From Tubulanus polymorphus (taxonomy: Eukaryota; Animalia; Nemertea): 64,000 nucleotides of DNA. The stretch lies in contig NC_134025.1 in the NCBI RefSeq assembly GCF_964204645.1, forward strand, positions 13,392,001 to 13,456,000. The letters are read 5' to 3'. This document shows positions 12,952 to 27,429 of this stretch, one piece after another; position 1 is the first letter of the stretch, and the number at the start of each line of letters is the position of its first letter. A program made the position numbers and the translations under genes. A model generated the notes under the pieces. That model was not told the origin of the DNA, searched no databases, and saw nothing but the letters and a program-made list of their open reading frames with translations.

Positions 12952-15900
12952 GATACGAGCTAAGTGAAAAAGTCGGTGCAATACGCCACGCAAAAAATAT
13001 ATCGTCTCGTTTCTGTGTCCGTTTTTGCGCGGTGCAAAAATGAAAATTACCGCACAGAAACGGAATCGTTTTATTTCAATCAGTCCGAATCAGCCACTTT
13101 ATGTTCGTTTAACGTTCATTAAAACGAAAAAAGAAATATTCCGAGACTAACTATTTTGTTTTTATGTCGCATTGAAACAAATGTTTGTGCTTAAAGAAGG
13201 AAGCGATATGCATGGAAGCGCATAAAAATATGGAAGCCCATATTGATCAGCTTTTAGGTAATTAACGCGATGAGATTAACCATGAATTATTGCGTTAATC
13301 GTTAATTCATCTTGGAATACTGACGTATTATCACCTATCATATCAAAACGTGTCGTCGTTTTATCTTTGATAATTGATAATCTATCTGGTTTACAATTTT
13401 TCAATTTATCACGCGTAATCTTTATCTTGACTTATCGTATTTCGTTATAATTATACGTATCTCGACTTATCTATCTCTTGATTTATTTATTTATCACGAA
13501 TTGTTTTTAATTTTCACAAGTAAAGCAATAGTTGTAACGTTTGATCGACACAGTTGGACAGAATTACCGATATCTATGCGAAGAGACCAAACTGCCAAAA
13601 TTTCCAAATCTTCGTAATTTTAATGATGGCGCACAGAAGATCTAGTAGCGAGAAAACTAACTTGTACGTTTATTGACGCCTAAAAGATAACACTAATTAA
13701 TACTGTCCACAATGAATACTACCCACAATGAATACTACAATGTCTAATATAAATTATATAATATTAAGGATCAATAGAATGATTTTGGATTCGAAAAATG
13801 ACGACGTAGTGCACATCCCCCATAATAATTATTGAAATTATTCACACATAACATAAGAGTTATGAAATATATTTAATTAGGCTTACAAAATTAATGCCAA
13901 AATTCTCAATTGTAATTGTTATTTTGAAATGCCTCTAACATAACGCATACTAAACATCATTGAAACAGTTTTTACGGAGTCAAATAACTACTCAATATAT
14001 AACTGGACTAAAGTTATCAAAGTCCCCATCTAACCTAGTCGTAACTACAGCTTAGCTCAGTGATGTAAGAATAAAGCTTAGCGCTCATAGACAGAAATAA
14101 ACACCAAACACAATTATTTTCATGTGTTTCCATGATTCGCTTTATCCGCTATCGCACAAAGCGAAAATGTTTCTTTTGGTAACTGTGTCAGAGCACACAG
14201 TCATGGAACAAGCACGAGAAGCGTTTAATTTTCGTGTTAACAGGCTTGAAAGAGTTGGGTTTGGGTTATGGTTATCAGCTATATGACCGTGGGGATATTT
14301 CAAATACAATTTACGGTCTAGACTGTAAGATGCATTTCTCGTTAAGAAATTATCTTTTTAGAATGAGGAACTGCCGGCTCTACGCGACGGATACCGATGA
14401 AACTTGAACGCTGGTGACTGATTGTAGGTGCAATTAAAATGGCCAAGTGACAATGAACAAAGGAGACCGCTCGTGTCATAAGCATTTGAAGTATCAATCT
14501 TGAATACAAAATACAAAAAACTGAGGTAACGTGCATTTGAATTAACATTTGCAATTTTTCAATAAAAAACTCATTGGTGCGGACGACCTCCGTAAATTCC
14601 ATTAGCATTTTGCATGAAAACGCCCCAAGCTTCGCATTTCCAAAACTAAGACTTTTTAAGGATAACCAAATAATTTGAAGGATTCGGAAATACTCGTTTG
14701 CTTTCGGTGCTCGGTGGATACGGCGCAAAGTAATAGTTGATAATTCAAATCCACGTCATAGTGGTCTCGTCATTAATATATCAGTCCATCGAGTATCAAG
14801 ATCAAGAGGCATAATAAAAGTGATACTTGCACGGGCTTTGTAATAATTCGTCGAGTACGGCCCCTACTGCGACTCAAGAAATTCCTCTAAACGAGTTACT
14901 CGGCTCTAACAGCTATTACGTTATTATTTCATTCCATTAAATGCCCTGTCAGACACGTGATCGATTACCTATGGTTCGTAGAAGTCTGCGCACCGTCTCT
15001 GAACTTCAATTCAAGCTGAGACGCATAAGCCATCACCACCCCGATAGTAACATTTTGCTCACCGTTCTAAGCTAAGCCTTCTAATATATAATCATCTGTC
15101 ACCATACGGAACAATAACGACAAGATCAAAATCAAATATCGTCTCAAGTTTAAATCCTAAAGTATGGACTGAAGTTGACAAGCTTAACTATAGTTTTACA
15201 AAGTATTCCTAATCTCTTAGGGTAGTTACACAATCTCACAAGGGTTACAAGGTGACGCAAATAAAAGGGCCATTCCAAACTAGTTGTCTATACTAGGAGA
15301 TTAGGAATATTTTGCTGCAGATAGATGATGTACTGTTGTCTACTGTTATGTACTAACTCATACTATGGTCAAGTTTCAGGTTCGCGCTTCATGCACAACG
15401 TATTCCTGGCTTCTTTTATTCCAGATTTCCGGTTTGTAACTGTTTCTGTGTATGGGTATTGTCCCTATTGTAGTTACCTCTCTATATAATCGCATAACAT
15501 TTAGTTTTCTGGGCATTTGCCATTTGAGTTTAGACCATGTGAATTTAGCCGGATAAAGAGCTGTAAGTTGTATGCAATGTATTACTTCAAATTTTGCCTG
15601 AAATTCTGAAATTCTTATTTATTGAATATGTATTTAGCTGTTATTCTATTTTTTGTAGTTATCTCGTTATCGTTTTTCGCTACCGCTCTGCCGGTCATTA
15701 AACAGTTTGACGTTAAAGCGTTGTCCGTTGTTAGTCCTTTTGTCGCTCAGTCTCCGACATGTACTTCAATATCATACTCCCTGGTGGGGATGACATAAAC
15801 CTGGTATTAAACCCCGATTCCTTGTTAGGAGATAATTGTCAACATGACACAAGTTAAAACCGACGAAGATCACCACCGATTGCGTGAAAATTGACCGATC

Positions 15901-18900
15901 AAAAAACCCACTTCATATGTTCAAGACCCCTTTCAAATGTATACCTATCACGAATCTTCATGAAAAATGGCAAACCATTAGTAAGCTACGGGTATTCAGA
16001 TCATACAGGACCTTTTTGGCACAAAAATGAAACAGGACGGCTATCTTGTGTCCGATCGATCCAATTTTCTATGGGCCAATTGGGAATACATAAATATGAA
16101 ACATCAGGAAAATTAATTAAAGCGTCTTCAAAATTTCCCTTGAAAACTTCAAAAAGGTGCTGAATTAGAAGAAAAACAATCGTCGCCAGTCAGCCATCTT
16201 GAATGTGATTGAGCCAGTCCTAGGGCTGACCAAGGGAAGGAATATAATATAAGGGACATAAGCATTTTTCAAAACGTATGGGTAAGGAAATCTTTTTTTC
16301 CACTGAAATATATCGATCGTAGCTTTTTTTTATGGAGAAGATTTGAAAAACTGGAAATATTGCCTAAGAACTAAAATCAACCAAATTGATAAATGTCCGT
16401 AAATTTCCCTTATTCCTCCCGAAATAGCCTTACGTCAAATATACATTAGAGCCGATATGAAATCGTCAAATCAATGCTTTCTTGAACGGCAAATAAATTG
16501 TTTTCGGAATTTAGATTGATGGAACGAAAGAAACCGATTCAATCAGACGTGTGATATTTATCGATTTGACAGTTAACGGAAGGGCAGCAGGGTCAAAATC
16601 GACGGCACGGCATGGCTCTTTGCTATCACGAGTGCACGCAAACAGCCATCTATGCGGATGGCGTCAGATACAGCTGTAAGGAAAGTGTGATGCGGTAACT
16701 ATCCATGTTCCAATATTCCCATAATTTTATGATGTGCAAAATTCGTGCTTTCTCTAGGCAAGAAAATAGTGTACCAAACAAGAAATTATCGCACGGAAGA
16801 GGCCTAGTTTTTTCAACGGCCTGAAAGGCAATTACATAGACGGAAAAATTAAGGTCTTTGCATTCCAAAATATATTAAGAGATAACAAACCACCAGGTAA
16901 AACAATCAACGAGACAATTTTTGTGTTCGCTTGTTCTTGTAGTTGATATTTTCCAGATAACAAAAAAAGCAAATTACATGAAAAAAAGCAAACTAGCAGA
17001 CCCTTCACTTACTGTTCGACGAAAACACTTCCAAATACAAAATCTTAAGCCGCGGTCACACAATTTAATTAAGTAAAAACTAGGTTTTGCTGCTCATTAG
17101 TCATGCTTAAACACTGATACAGTGTGGAACTTTTGCGCACCAGAGTGACATCAGCGACTTCTGAAAAAGCAGAATAACTTTCAGAAGAGTTTTATGACTT
17201 CCATGGCTTTGTGTGGAAGGCCTTTATTATAAAGCCGAATGATCATTTAGTGCATAAGCACGCAATGCCTTCAACGCCATTTATTCGAAAGCACCCGTTC
17301 TCGGAATGTGAATGGATGTATTACAATAAAGATGGTATTCAGAATATATCAAACTGCTTATCCCTTTTGACAGAAATTAGAAAATCCAATAAAAAGAGCC
17401 AATAATTCTTACAATATAGGGTATTTAGCTGTAGATTTATATTACAATGTTTATGAGACAATAAAGAAAGCTGAGCCCGTGTTAGTTTGAGATTAGAGAT
17501 TTAAGTATATCTTTTATCCGATATCTGACGGTAAAACCCTCAGCGGCATCCCCTGTAAAAATGAAGGAAACGAGTTAACGACCAACCATATCATGGATGA
17601 AATACTCTTCGAAAAGCGATCAACGATAAACTGTGACTAAACTGATAACATCGACCTGATGTTATATATACTATTGGACAAAAAAAGAAAAGGTTTTGAC
17701 TATCTAACCATGGAAGATCAAATGTTAGGTTCACGCGAGTGTCATACTTCGCATTGCTATGTAATCAATTTACGTATGAAGAAATCATTAATCTCGATTT
17801 GGTTTCAATAACCTCTTAATTACCTAATTCTAACAGATAACAATTCATATCTCCCATCCATTCCTAATCTAGATCTTGACAACCTCTCTTGTCATCCTAG
17901 AATTGCTTGAGATGACATCGCGTCTCTTTTTTATCTTATAATAGGGATCGTCCCTTATTTATTTGATTGGTGGATTTATTTGATTTATTTTGATTTGGTG
18001 TCCCTTACATATGCACACCTGCCGAGAGATGAACAGGGGGTTTGATTTTGAAATCGAAAATCAAAGTACAGATATAGTTTTGTGATTGGTAGTCGAGTTT
18101 ACAGAATGTACATTATTGGAAACTTCGGTTCCAGTTCACGAAAAACACAGCCTGAACCGCGACAGGACTAATCCAGCGCCATCAGTGATATAATGGATTT
18201 TTCTCGATGGCGTGGGTAGGTGCTCCTTGTTACGATGAGACTATTTTCAACATAACGACTTCCAACATCACGATTTTATATCAGACGTTATAAAACCATT
18301 TTTGACATTTTAAAACTATTCTTAACAAAATGCGATCATCCTTCACGTTATAAGATCCTCCACATTGTCACTACACATCCTACACGTAGAGCTTCCAGCG
18401 TATTTATTGTGGCAATGGTCGCCCATAGTAATGCTTGAAAATCTGAGTCAATTACAGGATTCAACACCCCCGGTGAATTAATACAGATACCAATGACCTT
18501 TAAACTCACCAGAACATGTCATAAATTAGAAATATGTAATCTATTGTGGTTACAAAATATGTGGGTACCAAAACAAATAAACAATCAATTCAATATCAAT
18601 ATGTTATCAATTCAATATTTAACTACCCCTGGTGAAAACCAAAAAAAGGAAAATCCTTATTCATACGTGAGTATAGATGGTGTACTATGACGACGATAAC
18701 AATTATCGAACATTAAGTTAAAACTGGTTGATATTTTCCTAAAAAAAGATATTTTCCCAGGACAAAAATGACTTTTTTGGTTCGAAAAAAGACAAAGGTC
18801 ACCGGAAGGGCATCTGAAGTCCCATCGACCCATGTTTTTATGATGATGTGCCCAGCAGAATACATATACATGTACATATGAAACATCAATAATTGTTATA

Positions 18901-19449
18901 GGAGCTGCAGTGATTTATTTCAGAGGGTATCAATATGTGAATTCCAAGTGAGTTTATCAACTTGAAGGCCTAAAAATGTGCTGTCCAAACTTTTGATATA
19001 AGTTGTTGATCATATTACAGATTGGATGCTTATGTTTAAGCACGACTGAAAAACATGATTACCCGGGAATTTTCCGGGTCGTTGTTGTTGCCTTTGTTTT
19101 GGCGTCATCATGCCTGTTCCCCATGAGTCTGGAATCATTTCTGTTCCATACTATAACATCGGGGAATTTAGTAATTGCTCAAACATCTTATCTGCAGTGT
19201 AGTAAAACATGTATTGCCAAAGGGAGGTTTGAGAAATTACATTTATTGCTCTGTTAGTCATAACAAGCTCAAAGGCAAAAAGATATGTCATAGGTGAGGC
19301 ATAATATATCCGTCAGGAAATTATCTTCTGAGAAAAAGGAAATACGAAAATACATTTTGTTCTAACGTCAGCCACATACTCTATTTCAAACGTTTACGAA
19401 AGGCCACATATTAGGGGACTTTCAACGTAATGAATCAGTATTTCACACA

Positions 19450-20100
19450 GACGTGAATGTAAACTGACAAATGTGACAACTGGAGACATCGCAAAAAGAG
19501 GAGACAGTCATTCCTTCAATCTGCGTATTCTCTTCGGTTTCTGTGTTCATTACTTCTTCATAGATCAGAGGGCAGACGATCTCTAGTAACAAGCTGACCG
19601 CTGGGAACATGTCAGATCTAAGGTTCAGTCGACTTTCTGTACATCTCTATTTAGCCACCGGTAACAACGCAAAAGCTGTCTGATGATGAATGTTTTCGCA
19701 TCAAAGGACACAATCTACCGGTAATAAGTTATTTCGACCACTGCAATCGCTCGCCGCCACCTACTTCGCAGTAAATATATATGTAACGTCCATAATTTTC
19801 TGATGAAAAGCATAGTGAAAAATTGATGTTATTTATCCAGGGACTCCCTGGTTTATCTGTGATCTAGATTCAGGTGAATGCGCTGCAAGTTCATGTCATA
19901 TTGCAGGACACCTGCCAGAGATGGTGTCAAGTGGGTTTAAAACGTCGCGTCATTTATAATCTATTTCTATTATCGATGTTGGTAAGACCTGTGTTTTCAA
20001 TTCTCTCTTTGTTAACATTGGGTATTAATTTCATTAAATCAAGTCCACTGCTGCTGTGGTTCCTTCTACGAAAGCGTCCGTATTCTGCACATTTAATGCA
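19450..20100 (-). pseudogene. Possible highly decayed hAT transposase C-terminal remnant
   Basis: Broken minus-strand frames give QNTDAFVEGTTAAVDLI, AAHSPESRSQINQGVP and NLRSDMFPAVSLLLEI, in the order expected for a hAT C-terminal/dimerisation region. Many stops. Confidence 0.25.
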
Positions 20101-21685
20101 CTGCAACAACAATTTATGCAACCCTTTTCAACCTCATTACAAGATAAGAAGAAAAATCCCTAACGACTTAAAGTTGAAAGTTTTAAAATTTGAAAATTGA
20201 AAAATACAAAACAGCTCCTGGTGGCCTTGACCTCTGACCTACAAGACCAGTAATCTAAGTTACATACGGTCTCTAGGATAACCCATCCATAAGATTTCAG
20301 TAAGTTATCTTAATTAAACCGTTTATGAGTTAGAGCCCGACAAGGAGTAATACAAAATGGCTTCCTGTGACCTTAACCTTTTACCCACAGGACCCGAAAT
20401 CTTATCAGTTGCTAACCCATCTGGTACAAAACAATAAGCCTTTTTACAGTTTCACGGCGCTATTTTTTGGGTACCCGCTGGGTCCGCATTGTTGAATTTT
20501 TTGTCCCTATTTTAGTTTAGTTTTTTTAAAATTTCGTTCATATCTCTGAATTGGTTTAAGATAGAAACAAAGTAAAAATATCGATGAATTCAGCTGATAA
20601 TTACCTTTTTTATGATACCACTCATTCATAAATTTGATGCAGCAATGCGCGCTGGTGAAGTCATAGACATTGATATCGTCTTCCCGATAATTCAACTTGA
20701 ATTATTGCTCATCCCATTCAAAAGTTCGAAATTCTTACAAATTTTTATCTACATTTTTGAAGTTTTCAGGATCCATAGATATCTATATGTGGTCTAATAC
20801 TTTTTACCGTTTTCAATTATCCTCATTACTTTTTAAGTAATTGCGATTCAAACTTCAAAAACACGCTTTCTAGAATATAAGTATTTGCCGATGTGAAAAA
20901 AAAAACGGAAATCTATGTGGGTATTTGTCTATACCAGTAACATTTTGCTGGTCCCGGCGCTATCGCTACAGGTGGAGTCGATAATGTATATCTTTAAAAA
21001 GAGACTTTTTCAAACGCACACTTGCAAACTATCTTTTATTTCTCGCAATGATATTTATCCCTGTTTATCCCTAATCCGGGTTTCATAGAAATCCATCAAA
21101 ATTAATAGGTTGTAATGTACTAACAATTAAAATTCAAGATGAATGTGAATACAATCACACACAATGCAAATTTTTTATAGACGCCTAAGTCATTAAATGA
21201 AAATTACCACATTAAAACGAGAAAATGTCGCGATAAAACGAGAAAGAGAAACGAATTTTTCTCGTTTCGAAATGAGCTTCCTTTTAATCTAGTCAACACG
21301 CGGGACAATCAACTTTGAGGACTTTTACATCAACATCTTCCCAAGAAAAAGATACTATGAACTATAATCGGACTATTTACGTTGAAAACGACCAAAAATA
21401 TCAAAATGAACAAAAATGATTTTCACCCATGTAGTATAGTTATCTCCAAAAATCTCGATTTATTGAATAAGGCAGCCAAAAATGATCCCTAATCAGTCGC
21501 TTGCCGATTCAGACTGATTGGAAGATTGTTAGAGTGAATGAACCGGAATCGAAATTTGTAAAATTCCTAATCATGTACTTCGATTTAATCAAAATATGCT
21601 GTAACTCCGACCACCGATCACACATCTGTAGATTCGTAGAAGAGTGTTAACCGGGTGTTAACTAGTAGACGAGTAGTCGACTCAT

Positions 21686-21728
21686 TTACCTGATGAAGCT
21701 ACTATACATTAGTAGCCAAAGCTCGTGC
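21686..21728 (+). ncRNA. Degenerate minimal type I hammerhead ribozyme
   Basis: CTGATGA (21690-21696), A, stem GCTACTA/TACAT/TAGTAGC, then CAAA in place of the core GAAA, then GCTC. Confidence 0.5.
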
Positions 21729-22664
21729 GTCAAATAGAGTATCCGTACGTCGATTTCCGATTCCGATGTGGTGGTTTTTTTTTGGCGGACACCAATTCAA
21801 AACAAATCAATGAATCTACCAATAAAATAAATAAGGGACGATCTCTATTTGAAGATCAAAAAAGATCTGTCTCCAGTATGTCCTGGTCACGCGGTTTCTG
21901 TTTTAATAATCGATTTGAAAAAGTCCAAGAATCAAGCTTTCTTTCATTTGTTCGGATATATGATAAATCGTCGTCATCAAAAGTGGATCATGATAAATAA
22001 CAACCAGGGGCTCAAATCTGTCTATTGTTCAGCTTAAAATCTCCGGGTAATAAAGTACTGATAACGCACTCATTGCGACAAAAAATGTATTTCTCGCCAT
22101 GTCGCATACGGGGCTCCGAACATCTCTGTATTGTTTTATCTTATAGTATCTATTGATCTCATCGCATCGCTGTATTGTTATTTATACGGCGGACCGATGT
22201 AGCACGGCCTAGAGGTAGCGTGAACGCGACTTATGTACACCGGCCAATATCCACATCATGTATGGGTATCAGCGTTGTACAGTTTACAGACAAATCTTTC
22301 ATTGTTTCTTTTTGCTTGTACTTTATCGTAATTTTTGTGTTTTTTTGTCTTCTGCGCAAGGCTATCATTAGTTGTGGAGCAATAAACTAGACTGAAACTG
22401 CATTTTTGTACGCTGAACTAGCTATCTGTATGAACTGGGTGCTACGGCTATTTTGTTAGTTAACAATAGGACCAAGGTCCATATGATCGATGACAAGATA
22501 TGTTGACAATTTGGCTACATGTAGTAGTGGATGAGGGAACGTCTCTAGCCTACTACAACGGGGGATTCCCCACATGGAACAGGAAATCTATTGAGAGCAG
22601 AATAACAGATTGCCGACGTCGTCGTACAGGCATATATAATAACTGATGAAATGTATTTTTTATG

Positions 22665-22865
<201 letters not shown>

Positions 22866-23104
22866 TCTATCTAATTATCAGTTCTATATCTACTAGACTT
22901 TATCGATGGCAGTGGATATACTACGAATGTCGATGGGTCAACGGCAGGTGTTTTACTTCATATGATAACCTTTGTGTGATAAGACTGAAGTCTTATTACT
23001 CCAAGTGATGACTAAATTGTTTCCGAGCATATGAATAATTAATCCTGAAAACACACACAAACATCAAGCATCTGGAGCAATACATGACGTCTGCATAAAA
23101 TAAC

Positions 23105-23345
23105 TGTGATTGTGTAGGCTACTGTCATGTGCCTTTCACATCAGTCGATCAGAGGTTCGAATTCCGCGTGGGGAATTTACTTTTCCTTTTCAACTACATA
23201 TTTTTTTACTTTCTACGAGCAACTTGAGCCTCCACGGACACAAGCAATCGAGTCATTCTCCTTGGCTGAGTTACAAATATATTCTAAATTCAGGGGCAAT
23301 TAATCGGAGAGCTTAGAAGTCCTGAGCTTAAAAAAGCACCGATAT
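23105..23345 (+). mobile_element. tRNA-derived SINE remnant
   Basis: B-box-like GGTTCGAATTCC at 23154-23165 after a degenerate tRNA-like head; no full cloverleaf. Confidence 0.4.
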
Positions 23346-26300
23346 AGTTTCCACGGGCCTTTCGCTAGTTATTGTTGAACTAAGGTGTCACCATCAAACA
23401 ACACAGTCTGCTTAGTGAAGTAACGTTTTCATCAATTACGATGTACTTTAATTAATCCCGCCATAAGTAAATGAGTGGAAATTGCGACAGCATTACTACT
23501 GGTATTACGGTAATTTTACAAATTCTCATTTACGCGACATTGCATTGCATTGATGTCATATAAAATCGTTTCCACCCTTCATCCTTGAAGGTAAAATTGA
23601 TAATTACCTCTATATGATGAATGGACACAACTGATAACGCATGTATCGCGTCTTTTTTATACCAATTATACGATACATTATGGAACGGAAAAATCTAAAT
23701 ACAATTTGAAATTCATTACAGAAGTATCATTGTAGAAGTTGAAATTATCATGATAACCAGTGAATCGCAAATACAACAAGATGACCATTAAGTCCATATG
23801 GTCAGATGTTTAAAATTGACTAGTAGTGGATGCATGAAGAAATGGCCAGTTATTTGTCAATGAAAACAAATTTTAGTTTCTCATTAAATTTTTTGTTCTA
23901 TAACGTACGCCTTTACAAGATTTTTTTCATTGTGTCTGTCATCGATAAAAACCACCCGCTGATACATGTATGTAGGCCCTTATGTCTCCTCAAAACTTTC
24001 CATAATTTTAATAGAAATCGATAGACTTCATACAACACGGATTCCATAGCTAGAATCATGGATATATACAGACCATGACGCGTTACGGTCATTTTTCTAT
24101 CGGATTATCCGTTCTATATAATCTTTATGGGACTACAGGTGTTGTTCGGTAAACGGCAGGATTTTTACTAAATAGGCTGCCTATATGGTCTCCGAACATA
24201 AAAACCTATATTTTGTTCGTCTATCGAGAAATTGTATATCACCCAAACGTTGATGAACCATCTCCACAAACAATAAACAAATGTGTAAAATATTGTCATT
24301 TTATTGCCATAAACCATATCTATTCGACAACATTAAGAGGTGACTTATATAATTAACATTTTATGTACAAAGCCAATAATATTTGGTAATGTCTAAACAG
24401 CAAAAGAATTTGCTTATCTTCGTCTGTCTGTACACATCCCGTGATTTGAAAAATCTAACAACTTCATATTTTAAATGCACATGCGTATTCAACTCAAAAT
24501 CCACACTGAGCAAATAACACTATATTTGAAAAATTACATTTCCAACAGTTCAATTAAACAAATGCAAAATATTCATCAGTATGAGCGTATTTTTCGAAAC
24601 CATTCAAATCAACATCAACTCACTTTTTAGAAAGTGAACCCTGAGGGCTGCCAACACTGAATTATACTTGATAAGGGGGAACAGCGTGAAAAAGTGGCAA
24701 CATTTAACAGATTAATATATTAACAAAAATGTATAGACAGGTCTCAATATGATTCTTTGATATAAAATATAAGATGAGAACACAGTATATCACATCTCAT
24801 AACATAAGTACGATCGAGGAGAGGATAAACTTCTCACTACCCAAATAGGAACTTTAGATCTTAATCGGTATATAACTTCCCAATAGGGATTGTTTGTAGA
24901 TCAGATAAGCAGTAGTAGTATATTTCACAACAAAACCTATTTTAATTTTGCGACTAAGATCTTTTTAGTCCCATATCTAATTTGACGACGGTATGACGAT
25001 ATTTCCGACCGTACAACAATCTGTTTTTGAATTACAATTGATACTTTATTTCTTTTATTTACATGAGTTATTACCACCCGCTGTGAACCGAACTATCTTT
25101 GGCAATTGCCAGTATTTTGGCTTTTAGGGTAAAAAGTTAACCATCAACACTTTCATATATAATACAAACATTCATTAAAAAATACTTATCAGACAGTATT
25201 TTCCTATAAATTCATTATGGTACATTAACATTTTTTTTTAGATGAATTGGTTAGTGAGAACAGAGTAAACATACCAGATAATGTAGCACACAAAGCTTAT
25301 TGTGAGTAAATGCATCATTGGAATAATGGATGTCATGAAACTGAATCAGCCCCCTAAGTCTCTCGTAGAATCCATAATTTTTGCTGACAAGATTTTCGTT
25401 AGAAAAATACAGATTGGAAGAGTACATATAGAATAAAAGAAGATATTGATAGACCTGCGATGGATAAAGCGCTAGTATCCAAGGAGCCGGTTGCACAGTC
25501 ATCACTCAGATTTAAGACTAGTCTTAGACCATTTTAGTTCTACATCCAAACCAAAAGTCTCAAGTCGCGGCATTGCAACTGGTCTCAGATCATCATATGA
25601 CCTAGTGAGTTGGAGTACTTCATGTTTTCACTCGTGCTCATTAAGTCATGGAGGTACAAATGAGGTTTGAAGATATGAAGTAAACATTCCATATTCGAAC
25701 CCCACACTCCCTTGAGGGGTACAGATCTTTGGCGCTCAATCATTACAAATAACAAAATAGTTCTGCTATAGAATAAGGCATCTCTGTCGCCCCTGTGCGG
25801 TCAACTGAAAGTGATGAAATGTGCAAACAATAATCTACATGGCAGCATCTTTTTTTTTGTAGCTTGCAGAAACATAATAATTCTAGTTCACTTACTGCAT
25901 GAAAAATCTCACAGAAAATAATTTTTATTTAAATCTATCATTTTCTCTTTCTATTTCTATTTAAATCTATAATTTTCGCTTTCTGTCAAACATTTTTCTG
26001 CATGAAAAAAAATCAATCAGATGAATAATTCTATACATGCAATTTGATCTTTTCACGCAGAATGATAACAAAGCTTACCGGGTATATCGTTTTGATGGCA
26101 TAAAAATGTGCCCATAAATATTGTATTGGTTAAAAGCAATGATTTACATGTGAACGTGCTTTCTAATTAGGAATAAATTAGGCCAAATTGTCTTGTGTGA
26201 TAGACATCAAATTATTGAACTAGCTCAAACGCAATTGTAAGTTATTTTTGATACCCTGAAAGTTTATTCGATAAAAATCAGTCCATAATTATTGAAACAA

Positions 26301-26670
26301 AACAAAAAGGTGTCATCAATCAATGCTTTAATGAAAGCGAACAACATTTGACAAACTGATATGGAATATAACACATACTATGATTTAATCTGATGACTGC
26401 TCATTATGCATGACAGTGAATTAGATAAATGAACGATCTATAATGGTTTTGTTTAGTCTGGAATTAGTGAAATTCTTAGTAATACATCAACAAACAACTA
26501 CTTTGATGCCAACAGAAAATCGTAGATAAATTTGACAATGGGGATAAAATAAAGGCATTAGTCAAAATACAGCTTTTGAATAATTCTTCATTTGAGTTGC
26601 ATATAGCAATTCAATACAAAATTTTCTACCTAACATTCGACTGATTTGGCAAACAAAATTAAGATACTAA

Positions 26671-27429
26671 CGGCTTTCTTATGTCGACAAGCAACGCGAT
26701 GCCAACCGACGCAACTGGGTTTATTGCCGATTAGCGGCAACTAGCGACCTAGTAGCCTAGAGGCTGCCAGTTGCTGCTCTATCGGTTCGACATAAGCCGG
26801 CTTGCAACGGCAACCCGACTCGTGGCAAGCCGTATCCGGCTAGTTGCCCATGTTCTACTCCAGCCTACAGTAGGTGCACAGTTGCTTTCGATCGCAACCG
26901 ACATAAGCTCACCTGCAACGCAACGGAACTGAGCGCAGGGGTTCCAGCCAATAAGAGACCATATATACATAGTACAAATTATCACCGCTAGTTAGTGTCA
27001 TTCGTAATAAGTCAAAAACAAAATAATAAGTGGTTCAAAACGTAAACCAAACCTTCGGCAGATGACTGGACTGAAGATCTAGAAACGAAATTGGTAGAAT
27101 TATGGTGTGAGCAGCCATCTTTATATGATGTTGCTAGCTCATCATATTCAAAACAGAATCCGAAAGATAAAGATCTTAAAGAAATTTCTTATAGAAATAT
27201 ATTTCCCAACAATTCAAAATAATTCAAATTTATTCTCAAAATGCTTATCACGTGATCATCTGAGCCATTGCAGTTGTCAGTAATCATAACCGACATAAGC
27301 AGGGAAGCAACTGGGAGGATCTCATATCCCGCTAGTCGGCCTCAGTTGCTGCGAATTGGAGTGCAGTCGACATAAGCTGGGCTGCGATCGCGGTTGCTTT
27401 CAGTTCCGTCGGTAGGCATAAGCCAGCCT
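26671..27429 (+). mobile_element. Non-autonomous PIF/Harbinger element with a MADF-domain remnant (copy 1)
   Basis: TAA on both sides (26668-26670, 27430-27432); ends GGCTTTCTTATG / CATAAGCCAGCC. 27061-27189 reads DDWTEDLETKLVELWCEQPSLYDVASSSYSKQNPKDKDLKEIS (MADF/Myb-SANT-like). Collinear with 49881-50685. Confidence 0.8.

Noticed and set aside
12544-12963. Three 97-111 aa ORFs
   Set aside because: Artefacts of the palindromic IS3EU-like MITE.
20585-20775. VYDFTSAHCCIKFMNEWYHKKGNYQL as the missing upstream B3GALNT2 exon
   Set aside because: F/C/WY spacing is suggestive, but there is no phase-0 donor at the required position and there are in-frame stops just upstream. More likely a decayed coding relic or chance.
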